NCBI GenBank assembly: GCA_951406725.2
Contig: OX597816.1
Coordinates: forward strand, 23,126,001 to 23,190,000
From: Octopus vulgaris
Taxonomy: Eukaryota
Direction of reading: 5' to 3'
Length of the DNA: 64,000 nt
Both the position numbers and the translations under genes were made by a program. Positions 41,705 through 53,999 of the stretch are shown here, piece after piece. Below the pieces are notes generated by a model, which did not search any database, was not told where the DNA came from, and saw only the letters and a program-made list of their open reading frames with translations. Position 1 is the first letter of the stretch. The number at the start of each line of letters is the position of its first letter.

Positions 41705-42661
41705 CAAGGATGTACCCAAAAGAAACCGGAATTTCGCAGTATTATTTTATTCCTCCAAAGTATTTTCCATTTGAAGCAATGCATCGGTCCAGATGCGTTT
41801 TCCGCTATTCGAAGCAATCCTAGAATGCTTGTGAGGTGATGCCTATTAATGCCTCCGTCGCTTGTTTTTCTTCGTCTCTTCCACATCTGCAGATTCTATA
41901 ACATTAGCTTCTGTCACCAGTGATGACATTCGAAAACAGGCCCGGATCAACTTCCAACTGTTCCTTCAGTTCATGATATGCATTCAGTCGTGATTGCTTT
42001 TGACCTTCCGAGAGCAAGCGAGGAATCAATTTGGCAGGAACCAATCAACCTAAAGTGCCACATTCAACTAATTGACCTGTCGAGTAAATTGAGATGATTT
42101 AAGGAAAGACTACGATAGAATTTATGGATTTTGCAATTCGTTGGCAGGAGCTCCAGGACACACCAGTCATATTAAAAACTTCATCAATTTTTCGGTGATG
42201 CTCCTCCAAGATCAGTTGGTGAATTTTCAAGTTTTCATTCGTTTGGGATGTCGACGGTCATCCTGAAGTACGTTAGTCTTCAAGCGACATGTGATCATTC
42301 CTAAAGCGGGGAAACCATTCGTAAAACTTGTGTTTTGCTCATGGCAGCCTCCTTGTAAGCTGTCCAAAGCAGGACAACTGTTTTAGCCGTCGTTGTCACC
42401 AATAGAAAACAGAATTACCCAGAAGCACTTTGCTCCTTCGCTTTAGCCATCGCAAAACTCAACGAACAGTGGAGAATCACTGCAAAATAAAGACACACCA
42501 CGTGGCAGTATGACTTCAACCGACGACACCAGGTACATATTAAGGTACATAAAAGACTGATACCTGAGGGTTGCATAAAGTTGTTTCTAATGGTAAAAAC
42601 CTGAACTACGACGAGTTTGTCCTACAGAGAACGTTTCCGGTTACTTTTGGGTACTTCCTTG
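41705..42661 (-). mobile_element. Deleted mariner element
   Basis: TA-flanked TIRs (caaggatgtacccaaaagaaaccggaa / ttccggttacttttgggtacttccttg). Decayed transposase: AMSKTQV.EWF.RFR..MSLED, GVSWSSCQRI, AKLIPRLL, FSNVITGD. Confidence 0.88.
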
Positions 42662-42820
42662 TATATAGAAAACATTTAATGAAAGTGCTGCCCTGGGTAA
42701 CTAAACCTGAAACTATGTGGTTGCAAAGCGAAATTTTTAACATCACGTCAATGACTGCGCTATTATATATTTATTACTTTAAGGATATTAGCACATTTTC
42801 TGATCACAGTCACCGCAGAT

Positions 42821-43207
42821 ATGGAAGCACTCCGTCGGTTACGACGACGAGGGTTCCGGTTGATCCGAATCAACTGAACAGCCTGCTCGTGAAATTAACG
42901 TGTAAGTGGCTGAGCACTCCACAGACACGTGTACCCTTAACGTAGTTCTCGGGGATATTCAGCGTGACACAGAGAGTGACAAGGCCGGCCCTTTGAAATA
43001 CAGGTACAACAGAAACAGGAAGTAAGAGTGAGAGAAAGTTGTGGCGAAAGAGTACAGCAGGGATCACCACCATCCCCCTGCCGGAGCATCGTGGAGCTTT
43101 AGGTGTTTTCGCTCAATAAACACTCACAACGCCCGGTCTGGGAATCGAAACCGCGATCCTATGACCGCGAGTCCGCTGCCCTAACCACTGGGCCATTGCG
43201 CCTCTAC
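42821..43207 (-). mobile_element. tRNA-derived SINE (family C) with 10-bp TSD. Other copies: about 8600-8880(-), 46848-47150(+), 47655-47940(-), 51620-52005(+), 57514-57825(+), 58465-58765(+), 60412-60795(-)
   Basis: Family head gtggaggcgcaatggcccagtggttagggcagcggactcgcggtc; TSD caccgcagat at 42811-42820 and 43208-43217. Confidence 0.88.
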
Positions 43208-44541
43208 CACCGCAGATGATATAATAACTGAAACGAACGATTCTCTCATCGGTTTCTTTGTGTTGCTTACCCCTTCAAGTATTGACTATTTAGACCTGGC
43301 CTTAAGATGCTTTTTTGTAGAGTTGAAATATGGCGCAACTCGAATTACGAATATATTATGCATATAGGCGTAGGAGTGGCTATGTGGTTAGTAGCTTGCT
43401 TACGAACCACGTGGTTCTGGGTTCAGTCCCACTGCGTGCCCCCTTGGGTGTCTTCTACTATAGCTTCGGGCCGATCAAAGCCTTGTGAGCGGATTTGGTA
43501 GACGGAAACTGAGACTGTCGTATATATGTATATATATATATATATATGTATGTTTTTGTATATGTTTGTGTGTCTGCGTTTGCACACCCCACCAACATCG
43601 GTTGAGAAGCGATGCTGGAGTGTTTTCCTCCCCGTAACTTAGCGGTTCTGCAAAAGGGACCGATAGAATAAGTACTAGACTCACAAAGAATAAATCCTGG
43701 AGTAGATTTGCTCGACTAAAAGGCGGCGCTACTGCATGGCCGCAGTCACATGACTGAGACAAGTAAAAGAGTAAAAGAGTAAAGAGTAAAGAGTGGTTGA
43801 ATGTTTCTATCTGTATTCGTTTGTGAGGAGCTCTTTTATATCAAAGAGAAGTAAATATATTTTATCATCTATGTTTTGCTATCTGGTTATTCAATGGCTC
43901 CGTCAAATGATCAATCTGGTATTTGAATTAGCGAGTAAGTGGCTGAATATTGCACATACACATGTTGAGACCCCCTTAGGTCATGAATGACCGTGGGATT
44001 GCACCTAGAAAGTTACCTTCCCAGGTACAACTCCGGGCAAGGTTGTTTATGGAAGACCAGCAGTCGCCCATGCATACCGGCCTCCCCTCTCCACGCCACC
44101 AGTGTTATCCAAGGGAAAGGTAAAGGGGCCGATACAGCTTGGCACCTGTGACGTCGTTACTCATTTCTACAGCTGAGTGAACAGGAGCAACGTGAAATAA
44201 AGCGTCTTGCTCAACAACACAACACGCAGCCCGAACCGGGATTCGAACTCACAACTTCATTATCGTAAGCTCGACGCCCTAACCACTGAGCCTTTAAATA
44301 CGGTGAGTAACCACATATTCTGTCTCCTCAATTTCATTCAGAAGATTTTAATCGACCGTAAGATACAGCGAAAGAGATTTACTTTATTTTTCATACCGTG
44401 GGATCCCACCTATGACCTTGTGATTGATAAGCAAACATTTTAACAACAGTTATGCAAAGAGATAAGCACACATACATAGGCATACATGTTCATTCATAGA
44501 ATCACTAAAACACCTGCGGCCTGCGCACGCTTCGCACTTAC

Positions 44542-44686
44542 CTAAACGCACACCTTTAATCGACCAGGAATGGTCGGCCTGCTATTTGTGTAAGCATATG
44601 AGAGAACCTCAAATAATTGAGGATCATGGCGCCTGATATAATCTCTGGCTGCCATTTCAGTGGGGCAGAGGCGATTCGTCCCACAC
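44542..44686 (-). CDS. ATLF-like zinc metallopeptidase, last coding exon (145 nt, ends in TAG)
   Basis: Acceptor attttcag|G completes the split ATG codon. Encodes (M)CGTNRLCPTEMAARDYIRRHDPQLFEVLSYAYTNSRPTIPGRLKVCV*. The DP.LF..L motif fits the family C-terminus. The stop codon is directly followed by gtaagt. Confidence 0.88.
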
Positions 44687-44792
44687 CTGAAAATATATAA
44701 TTTAGTTTGTGTTACGAATTATATTCTAATTTATAATAATTCTAAAAAACAATCAACTAACTTTTGATTGGTAAAATGTTAAATAACACTAG

Positions 44793-45216
44793 GGATCTTT
44801 TCGGTTTGAACGGCAGTTTTTCTAGCGTTGTCATATGAAATTGTCACCCATAATTATGACCCTAGTATCGATCTATTGCATTTCAATCTATTTTAGGGTT
44901 AGGGTTAGTTAGGGTTAGGGGTGGGGGGAAGGGTATCTTTTTTCTTCACAAGTGTAAATAAACCCAATCTGTTTCTTAAACGAAGGACATATTCATACGG
45001 CACAGAATGCTTTTTACCTCAATAGACGTCAGTGATTGGTTGAAATTGCAGAAATTGAAGAAAAACAACAACAAATATCTTACAAACTATAGAATTTTCT
45101 CAATAAAGCCAAGAGAAAAAGATGTTTTATAAACACATTCTACCTGTATACGAAGTTTAAAATTTTTTAGTTACCTAGAGATTATGTTAAAAACTGCCGT
45201 TCAAATGAAAAGATCC
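44793..45216. mobile_element. Second copy of the same TIR element, opposite orientation, in the protease intron
   Basis: Same TIRs; internal ttagggttagggttagttagggttaggg; flanked by a 56-bp direct duplication. Confidence 0.88.
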
Positions 45217-46031
45217 TAATTTTCAAAAACAATCAACTAACTTATGATTGGTAAGACGTTAAATAACAGTGGATGTATTTAGCTGATTCTTTCATACTTA
45301 TGTAGTCGTTGATAGCAAGTATGTTGAATATGAGAAAGTCATATGGTACAGCTGTGCATATCTTTATTCTTGATAACCTTCTACCAACAAATTATAGAAG
45401 TTATTGAACAAATAATTTCAATAAAACCGGTGAAATCTTCATTTTTCAGCTAATCCTATTTCCGTTCCAATGTCTACTGTTTCCACCTATTTAAAGTTTT
45501 CAACTGACTTCGCTTTTATAATTGGAAAAAATATAATTTTACTTTAAGCGCAACATCTGCGCATTCAGAAAAATACGTTAAACTATACTATATATTGAAT
45601 TCTAGTTTGTTTATTTTTTTTTTTTTATGTATTAAATTTTTCAGCATTCTGAATTAAATATTATATTAAAATCAAAAAGCATTACTACAGCAAATATTGC
45701 ACTTATGCACAGTACGGTCAGTAACGGGTGTTTATAAGTTCATGGAGTAATTTGATGGAACCATATCAATAATTAATTGAAAGCTCTTTCATCTCATTGA
45801 CGAAGAGAATCTTTGAGAGAAATAGATTATATGGAAAACATTAACCCTCTTGAAACAAAATATTTCTTGATAAAAAACGAAAATACTGAGATGGGCTGCG
45901 TGTTATTGGGCACAATACGTAGATCAATGAACTAAATATTCTGTAATATGCAAATCGTTTTCAATCGTGGACTTAACCGTTTGCTTATCCTAAACATGCC
46001 CATGGGTTTCTTCAAATCGTCCATGCCTGCT

Positions 46032-46446
46032 TTCAGACTTTTATTTAGTCCTTGATGGTTGGTAAAAATTTCAGACTTTTCGTTAGCTCTTGATGGTTGG
46101 GAAAAATTACAGACTTTTAGTTAGCCCTCGATGGTTAGAAAAAAATTCAGACTTTTAGTTAGCTCTTGATGGTTGGAAAAATTACAGACTTTTAGTTAGC
46201 CCTCGATGGTTAGAAAAAATTCAGACTTTTAGTTAGTTCTTGATGGTTGGAAAAATTTTCAGACTTTTAGTTAGCCCTTGATGATTGGTAAAAATTTCAG
46301 ACTTTTAGTTAGCCCTTGATTGTTGGAAAAATGTCAGACTTTTAGTTAGCCCTTGATGGTTGGAAGAAATTTCAGACTTTTAGTTAGCCCTTGATTGTTG
46401 GGAAAATGTCAGACTTTTAGTTAGCCCTTGATGGTTGGAAAAATTT
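46032..46446. repeat. Minisatellite, 11 copies of about 38 bp
   Basis: Unit cagacttttagttagcccttgatggttggaaaaattt repeated head-to-tail with no spacers; lies in the protease intron. Confidence 0.95.
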
Positions 46447-49416
46447 AAGAATGTGTATCATATATGATACATAGACGCCAGAGGAATATGCTCTGCTTAT
46501 TACATGTGATACGCAGAACAGGCAAAGCGAATCTAACCAACGCCGCAGGAAAATAAGAAAACGGTGAATCAAAACCCATTGTGTCATATTCTCCCATTCC
46601 ATAATTTGCTTTCGTGTAGTGATCCTGGTGTAAGTCAGTTTATTTGAGAGCCTTGTTATCTAAGCAAATCTCATACAACACTCCAGCACTTGTTGATTAT
46701 ACGACTACCTTTTCTTAGAACTATGAGTTGTATAGCTGCAAACTACCATACGACCTACTTGCAGATAAGCAGATTAATTCACTTCATAGTTAAATATGTT
46801 CTCTAGTGAAAATCATATGACAATTATAGTCAGATAGAGAACTATATGTGGAGGCGCAATGGCCCAGTGGTTCGGGCAGTGGACTCGCGGTCGGAGGATC
46901 GCGGTTTCGATTCGCAGACCGGGCGTTGTGTGTGTTTATTGAGCGAAAACACCTAAAAGCTCCACGAGGCTCTGGCAGTAGGTGATGGTGACCCCTGTTG
47001 TACTCTTTCACCCTAACTTTCTATCACTCTCTCTTCCTGTTTCTTGTGTAACGCTGTGATGGACTGGCGTCCCGTCCAGCTGGGGGAAAAACATGCGCCA
47101 CAGAAACCGGGAAACCAGGCCCGTGTGCCTGGCTAGGCTTGAAAAGGGCGCATAAATATATGTATTCTCCGTCGTAATATTTAGCGTACTAAAGGCGGCG
47201 AGCTGGCAGAACCAGTTGCACTCCAAAAAAATTGCGTTCTGCTTTCAAATTTCGTTGAGGTCCACTTTGCCTTGCAGAGTCATTCACGGTAGTAGCAGTT
47301 GAGTACTGGGGTCGATGTTATCAACTTAACCCCTGAAATGACTGGCCTTTTGTCAAAACCTGAAGCCAATATTTATCTTACTGCATCAAGTATAAGTAAA
47401 GCTGTGTAGCAGGTCAATATGTAAACTGGCAGAGCGTTCTGTTGTTAAGCAAGACATATCGTTTCATATTGCCCTTATCTAGACATCTGTAAATGAATAC
47501 TAACGCGGTATTACTGCAGCACTCCCCCTCCCTCCCACTTCTTCTCTCTCTCTCTCCCCCTCTCTCTCTCTCTTCTAGGAGTTATCATATCCTGGTTATT
47601 CAGCTCGGTCAAACGTGACAGGACGGAGAGGGTGTCTATAAGTGCATGTTGTTGTTTGTTCCTTCTCGAGCCATGCATGGCTCATAAGGGCCGGTTTCCC
47701 GGTTTCCTTGACGTATAGGATCCCCACCTGGACAGAACGCCGGTCAATCGCAGGTGAGCTGCAAGATGCAGGAGAAAAGAGTGAGAGAAAGTTGTGAGAG
47801 TTCGCCATTACCTTCTGCCGGAGCTGCGTGGAGATTAGGTGTTTCGTTAATAAACACACATATCGCGCGATCTGAGATCCGAACCCGCGATCCCTCGACC
47901 ACGAGTCTGCTGCTCCAACCACTAGGCCATGTACCTCCACTATAAGTGCATGCATTTTTATGCATTTATATATAAGTGCATGCATTTACATAAACAACTA
48001 AATCAATGAGCAAAATGGTGATACATGCCACCATATTCTACTCGCGTAGAATGACGGCTGTCTGTGTTGTACGTTGGGTCACCATACAGTAAAGGCCCTG
48101 GGTTTTTCATTATCTTAAGTCATTATGCTAATCCCTGCTTATATTAAAAAGAAACCTGCATCCCTAGTCACACCAAGATGCTGCAATGTCTCGCAGATGA
48201 ATTCAAATAAACCTAACATTTTTAGAAATATCGCTGTATGAAGTGTTAAAGATGACATTTAATACCCACTGCAATCCATATTTATTTGATTATAATTAAT
48301 TAAAATAATTAATCATTTAGATAATGACTTGCATTTCTTATCACCCATGGGTGTAATATTAATTAATTTTCCTGTTTTACAAGTGAATTAGCGCCCACAT
48401 TTATAAAATTAAGTACATTTTGCCTAATAATCTACAGCTAGATATTCATGGAGAAAGTCTTTACGTGGTCAAACATTCTACTGGAAATAACAGCCAAAAT
48501 CCCCCTTGAATATTCCTAAAATACATCCTGCTACATTTATAAACCGCAACACGTTATATCATGTCGTCTTAGACACAGCATCAAAATTTGTACTGTGTGA
48601 TCATGAATGTCCATGAAATAGATTTTTAGACATGTATGAAAATGTTACTCGATATTAGGACATAAGGATATTTAATGTCTATGTTTAGTTTTCCGCTATT
48701 GATACAAAAGATAGCGCGAGTAACAGAGCAAAGCTGGTGACAGATAACTAGCTGAGGATTAGTACATATCATCTCAGCATTTCAATCCTACTGTACTAAT
48801 ATTTTAAGATTATATCTAGTTCAGTGTTTCTCAAAATCGGTTCCGAGAAACTCTGGTCTTCCGTAAGAACATAGAGGTATTCCGCGATTAAAATTTGCCT
48901 TTCGATAAAAATTAAGAAATTTGGTTTGTTTTATAAAGAGCGGGTCTTCACTAGTTCCAAAAGGATACATATTACGTATGATATATATATATATATATAT
49001 AAGAATACAGTGTACATTCAAACACATAAGAGATAACCGATAATTGGATATCTGATTCACTAGAAAGAGCAGTTATGTGTTTGAATGTACACTGTATTTT
49101 TCTATGAATAATGTATGGTCTATTGACTAAATTTTTCCTTCCGCTAGACCACTAGTAACAACGAAATTTTCTATAAATATTTTGCTACATTAAGATTTTT
49201 TATTATATATATATGTTGATTCGCTAGCCTCTGCACGCATTTTTTTCTCTCCTTGTTTCTTTCTGTGTTTCTTTTCTGTGTATCTTTCTGTTGAAGAACG
49301 TAGGCTCGAAACGTAAAAGACTTGTTTTATTTATATTCCTGAGCGCCATACTAATACAATTGTTTGTTTGTATTCCACCTGCCTTCGTCTTTTGTCTATT
49401 TTCATAAAGCTTCTCG

Positions 49417-49481
<65 letters not shown>

Positions 49482-49838
49482 AAACTTATAATTATATCAG
49501 GAAGAAAATATTGCTGTAATGACTACTAATGGCTAAATATGACAAATGCACGACTAAATAAGGGAAATGTTTACAATTTTTTCCTATACAAAGTTTCAAA
49601 TTCAAGTTCAAATTTCTAAATCCAACGAAGAGCATCAAAAAATGATTACCTCCCTTGTAATTACTATCCGCTAGATATAACATAGATATATGAAATACAG
49701 TGGGGAAATTGTAAACAATACTTCTGTAAAGACTAATCTAATCTGAAATGGCTTACTCTCTTCTCAACTGGATGTAAACAATGTCACATTGAAATTGCAA
49801 TTAATACACGCATACAAGAATAGGTGAAATTCACTCAC

Positions 49839-49987
49839 ATATTTAAACCGCCTGTAACATCTGTTCTCGTTACGTCAAAGAAGAACGCTTCCGACGCTAC
49901 GGCCCAGTATTCCCATTCAGTAGCCATAGCGTAAGTGCTTAATTTCCAAGTCGCGTAGCGTTTTGCCTGATTGTAAGCGTTCGTAAT
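49839..49987 (-). CDS. ATLF-like zinc metallopeptidase, third-ligand exon (149 nt, phase 0 to 2)
   Basis: Acceptor cttttacag|ATT and donor AATAT|gtgagt. Encodes ITNAYNQAKRYATWKLSTYAMATEWEYWAVASEAFFFDVTRTDVTGGLN, containing the Y-x6-E-Y-W-A motif expected downstream of HExxH in LF-type zincins. Confidence 0.9.
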
Positions 49988-50442
49988 CTGTAAAAGTAGA
50001 TGTGTACATATCTCTATATTAACATTTATATATATATGTATATTGGTAGAAATATAGTGAGATAAATATATTTCATGTTAAACCGTTAAACCCGACACAC
50101 ATTTTTCTCTCTCTCCGTTTTCTTCCCCTCATCCCTTTCTGTCGAAGAGGGCAGACTCCTAACGTCTAAGACTTTTCCATTCTTACCAAGCGTCGCCAGG
50201 AAACGACAAATAGGTGTATTAGTTTGACGCTTGGTAAGAATGGAAATGTCTTAGACGTTAGGATTCTACCCTCTTCGACAGAATTAATACACTTGCTGTC
50301 GTTCCCTGGCACACACACACACATTTATGTATATATATATATGCCCGACCACTACATCATCTCTCTCCCCGCTCTCTCTCCTCCCTCTCTCTCTGTATAA
50401 ATATATATGTGTGTGTATGTATATATATATATATATATATAA

Positions 50443-50773
50443 AGACCCCCTTCGGTCATGAGTGACCATGGGTTTGCACCTAGAGAGTTACCCTCTGAGG
50501 CACAAGTCTGGGCAAGGTTGTTTTATGGAAGACCAGCAGTCACCCATGCATACCGGCCTCCCCTCTCCACGCCACCAGTGTTATCCAAGGGAAAGACAAA
50601 GGTCGATACAGCTTGGCACCTGTGACGTCGCAACTCATTTCTACAGCTGAGTGAACTGGAGCAACGTGAAATAAAGTGTCTTGCTCAAGAACACAACACG
50701 CAGCCCGGTCCGGGATTCGAGCTCACAACCTCACGATCGTAAGCTCGACGCTCTAACCACTGAGCCATGCGCC
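50443..50773 (-). mobile_element. tRNA-derived SINE (family E). Other copies: about 43967-44292(-), 58807-59135(+), 60987-61313(-)
   Basis: Head ggcgcatggctcagtggttagagcgtcg; tail gaccgaagggggtct; four homologous copies. Confidence 0.85.
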
Positions 50774-50849
50774 TTATACATACACACACACACACACACG
50801 AATATATATATATGACGAATGAATGACAGGAGAAGGAATATACGACAAT

Positions 50850-51495
50850 TTATTATTAATCACGACAATAGTTTTAACACATCTGGCATCGATCCCTCAC
50901 GGGTGGGACACTCAACAACTGATTCAGGAGCATCTGGCGGTACAGATGTATCTCGGTGGGTGATAAATAAATACAACTCATTAAAATAATCCTTCCGCAA
51001 TGTAACTTCCCGTTTTGCAGAAAGAAAAGCATCCAGACGAAGGAAATATCTTCATTTATATAGAAGATCAAAAATAAAATCAGTAATGGCAAAAAAAGAA
51101 ACGAAGACGCAATCCAGCAAGAAAGGAGGTTTTCGGTTTATCGCACAATTGTCTAGGCACAGCTCACCGCACATCGTTCGGAACAAATGGACGATCACGT
51201 AAATGATGTCTGAACGGTCCAAGGAGGTAATATTCGGAAGGAGTGAGATTTGAACTGCATGTAGGTTATTTCTATCAATGGTTCCGACAGTGTGGGTGGC
51301 TGCATTGTCATGCAACAGTAACATATGATTTATTAATAGACCTCAGCGCTTGGTGCGAGTTGCTGGTTTCTTTTTCTTGGTCTGCATTTGACGGAAGGTA
51401 ACACTGGTTACGGTAGGCCTATTTTCTGGGTACTGTTCCAGTACAGGGTCTTTTGCGTCCCAAAAATCGGTTAGCATCACTTTCACAGCAGAAAA
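50850..51495 (-). mobile_element. Mariner transposase catalytic-domain remnant
   Basis: VMLTDFWDAKDPVLEQY and MLLLHDNAATHT motifs. Confidence 0.75.
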
Positions 51496-52849
51496 CATTT
51501 CCTAAAGGTACCAGTCATAGGGATTGAACTCAGGGCCATGAAGTTGGAAACCAAACTTCATACTACACAGCGTCAGTGATGGTTGACTATTCCTATTCTA
51601 CTGTACATTATAGTATTCAGGTGGAGGTACAATGGCCTAGTGTTTAGGGCAGCGGACTCGCGGTCGTAGGATTGCGGTTTCGATTCCCAGGCCGGGTGTT
51701 GTGAGTTTTTATTGAACAAAAGCACCTAAAGCTCCACGAGGCCCTGGCAGGGGTGGGTGGCAAACCCTGTTGTATTCTTTCACCACAACTTTCTTTCACA
51801 TGTTCTTCCTTTTTACTTTTGTACTTGTATTTCAAAATGGCCAGCCTTGTCACACTCTCTATCACGCAGAATCTCCCCAAGAACTACGTTAAAGGTGCAC
51901 GTGTCTGTGGAGTGCTCAGCCACTTGCACTTTAATTTCACGAGCAGGCTGTTCCGTTGATTGGATCAACTGGAAACCTCGTCGTCGTAACCGACGCAGTG
52001 CCACGATAGTATTCGAACAAAACAATCTCGATACTTATGAATTAATATTCTCTCCGCTAAGTGAAAGTTAGTAATCGATCTCTAATGAAGCCATAATTGA
52101 CGCTGAAAGTATTCAGATTGCTTCGTTTCGCGTTTCGACTCCCAGAGACAGAAAGGGAGAGAGGCGGGGTTATACTAATACATGGGGACTTAATTTTCAC
52201 AGCGAAGCAAAAATATGCAATCATCAAGAACAAAAAATTTGCTATAAGCTCACCTTAGAATTTTACAGACACTCTCGTCTTGTAATGTTCCTATTAATTA
52301 AGGTACATAAAAGAACATTTATGGAGAAATATAAATTGACGGCTAGATAAGTAGGGATTCGCACACATTCATTTTGAAATATAAGTGTGTATACGTTTGT
52401 TTATATGTGTCTAGATGCGAATATTATACTATTGTACTTAGTATATATATCCCTAGATATGACCAACTTCTAAAAGCATTGTGACTTTTAAATGGTTCCA
52501 CTGATGGTATGTCTCCGCTGTTCCGGCAATGAAAAAGTAAAATGAGAAAAAAAAACCCACTTAATATTAACAATTCAATTAGATTTATTACATGAAACGG
52601 TAAAAACTTTTCCACAAAGTATTTCGTATCAAATTGTCATATTCGCTGTTGCGCATTCTAACCTATTTCATCTCTCTTTATTCCCAGAATCTGCAGATAG
52701 GAGCTAAAAATCACGATGCGCTGACTTTAAATGCGCAGGAAGTAGGTTTAACATCTCCCTGCATTCGTCGCTAACATTATCATAAAGTTAGCACTTAACA
52801 TACTACTAAATTCGATTAGTATTCCACCAAAATGCAATGAATATTTATT

Positions 52850-53212
52850 GCGAGAATGAGATCACCACGGCGTCGTCGTTTTTCGAGAGAATAAAGGCCG
52901 AGCGTCTTCAGCCTTTCTTCATAAGACAAATTCTTGAGACCAAGAACCATGCGGGTAGCCAGCTTCTGGACTCTTTCGAGATGATGTACGTCTTTGAGGA
53001 GATAAGGAGAAGAGGCTTGAATCCCGTACTCCAATATGGGTCTCACCAACATAACATAGAGCGGTAGGAATATGGCTGCTGTGAGCATTTCGAATGACCG
53101 TCGAATCAAAAACAGAACTCCGCGTGCTTTGTTGGCAGCATGGACGCATTGGGCCGAAGGCGAAAAGGAAGAATCCACCAAGATACCCAGGTCCTTTACT
53201 TGGTCGGTCTTC
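52850..53212 (-). mobile_element. CR1/L2-group LINE RT C-terminal fragment
   Basis: VKDLGILVDSSFSPSAQC..LYVMLVRPILEYGIQASSPYLLKDVHHLERVQKLATRMV.GLKNLSYEERLKTLGLYSLEKRRRRGDLI; open frame truncated at both ends. Confidence 0.88.
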
Positions 53213-53917
53213 TGTTGTTGTGTATTTAGCTGTTAATTGTTTCAATCATTACATTGTTGCCATGCTTAGGCATCAAAACGATTTAGTCCAATAAATAAAT
53301 CCTATAAAACATGCTGTTTCCTTTTTTTCTTTTTAATCTGGTAGTTGATCAATTGGTTCTCAACTGATGAACCACTAACTTACTTATGGGGTCATAAAGA
53401 ACAAACACCTACTATGAAGAGATGGGGAGGGACAAACACATGCAAACATAAATACTTATTATATTTACAGACATATTTATTTCCATATACATATATATAC
53501 ATACACGTATATACACATATACTACATACATATATAGATATACATATACTATAAACCTACATGCATATAATACATACATACATATATATATTTTTTTGTT
53601 TATATATATATATTTGTTTATGAAGATTGACTATAACCATAACTCGAATTATTATATATACATATTTATATACATAAATTTATATATATATATATATAAA
53701 TTTATATATATATATATAAATTTATACATACATATATATATATATATATATGTCTCAGTCTCTCTAAAGGAGACTACGGCAGCGATACTGGATATTAATA
53801 GTTATCGCCAAGCTAACATGGCAGGAAAATAGGACGAATGCTTCCGTTGACTAGCTCTAGAGGTCATCGCCTCTAGCAAGCTAGAGTCCTATTTTCCTGG
53901 ACTCCATGTTAGCTTGG

Positions 53918-53974
<57 letters not shown>

Positions 53975-53999
53975 TATTTATTTATATATTTATAAGAAT

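Noticed and set aside
46032-46446. CRISPR-like array of about 38-bp repeats
   Set aside because: Units are contiguous with no unique spacers, there are no cas genes, and the context is a eukaryotic intron; it is a minisatellite.
52254-52290. Possible short minus-strand micro-exon (taatag|...CTAAG|gtgagc) in the protease intron
   Set aside because: In phase 0 it contains a stop codon, and the flanking exons already join cleanly without it.
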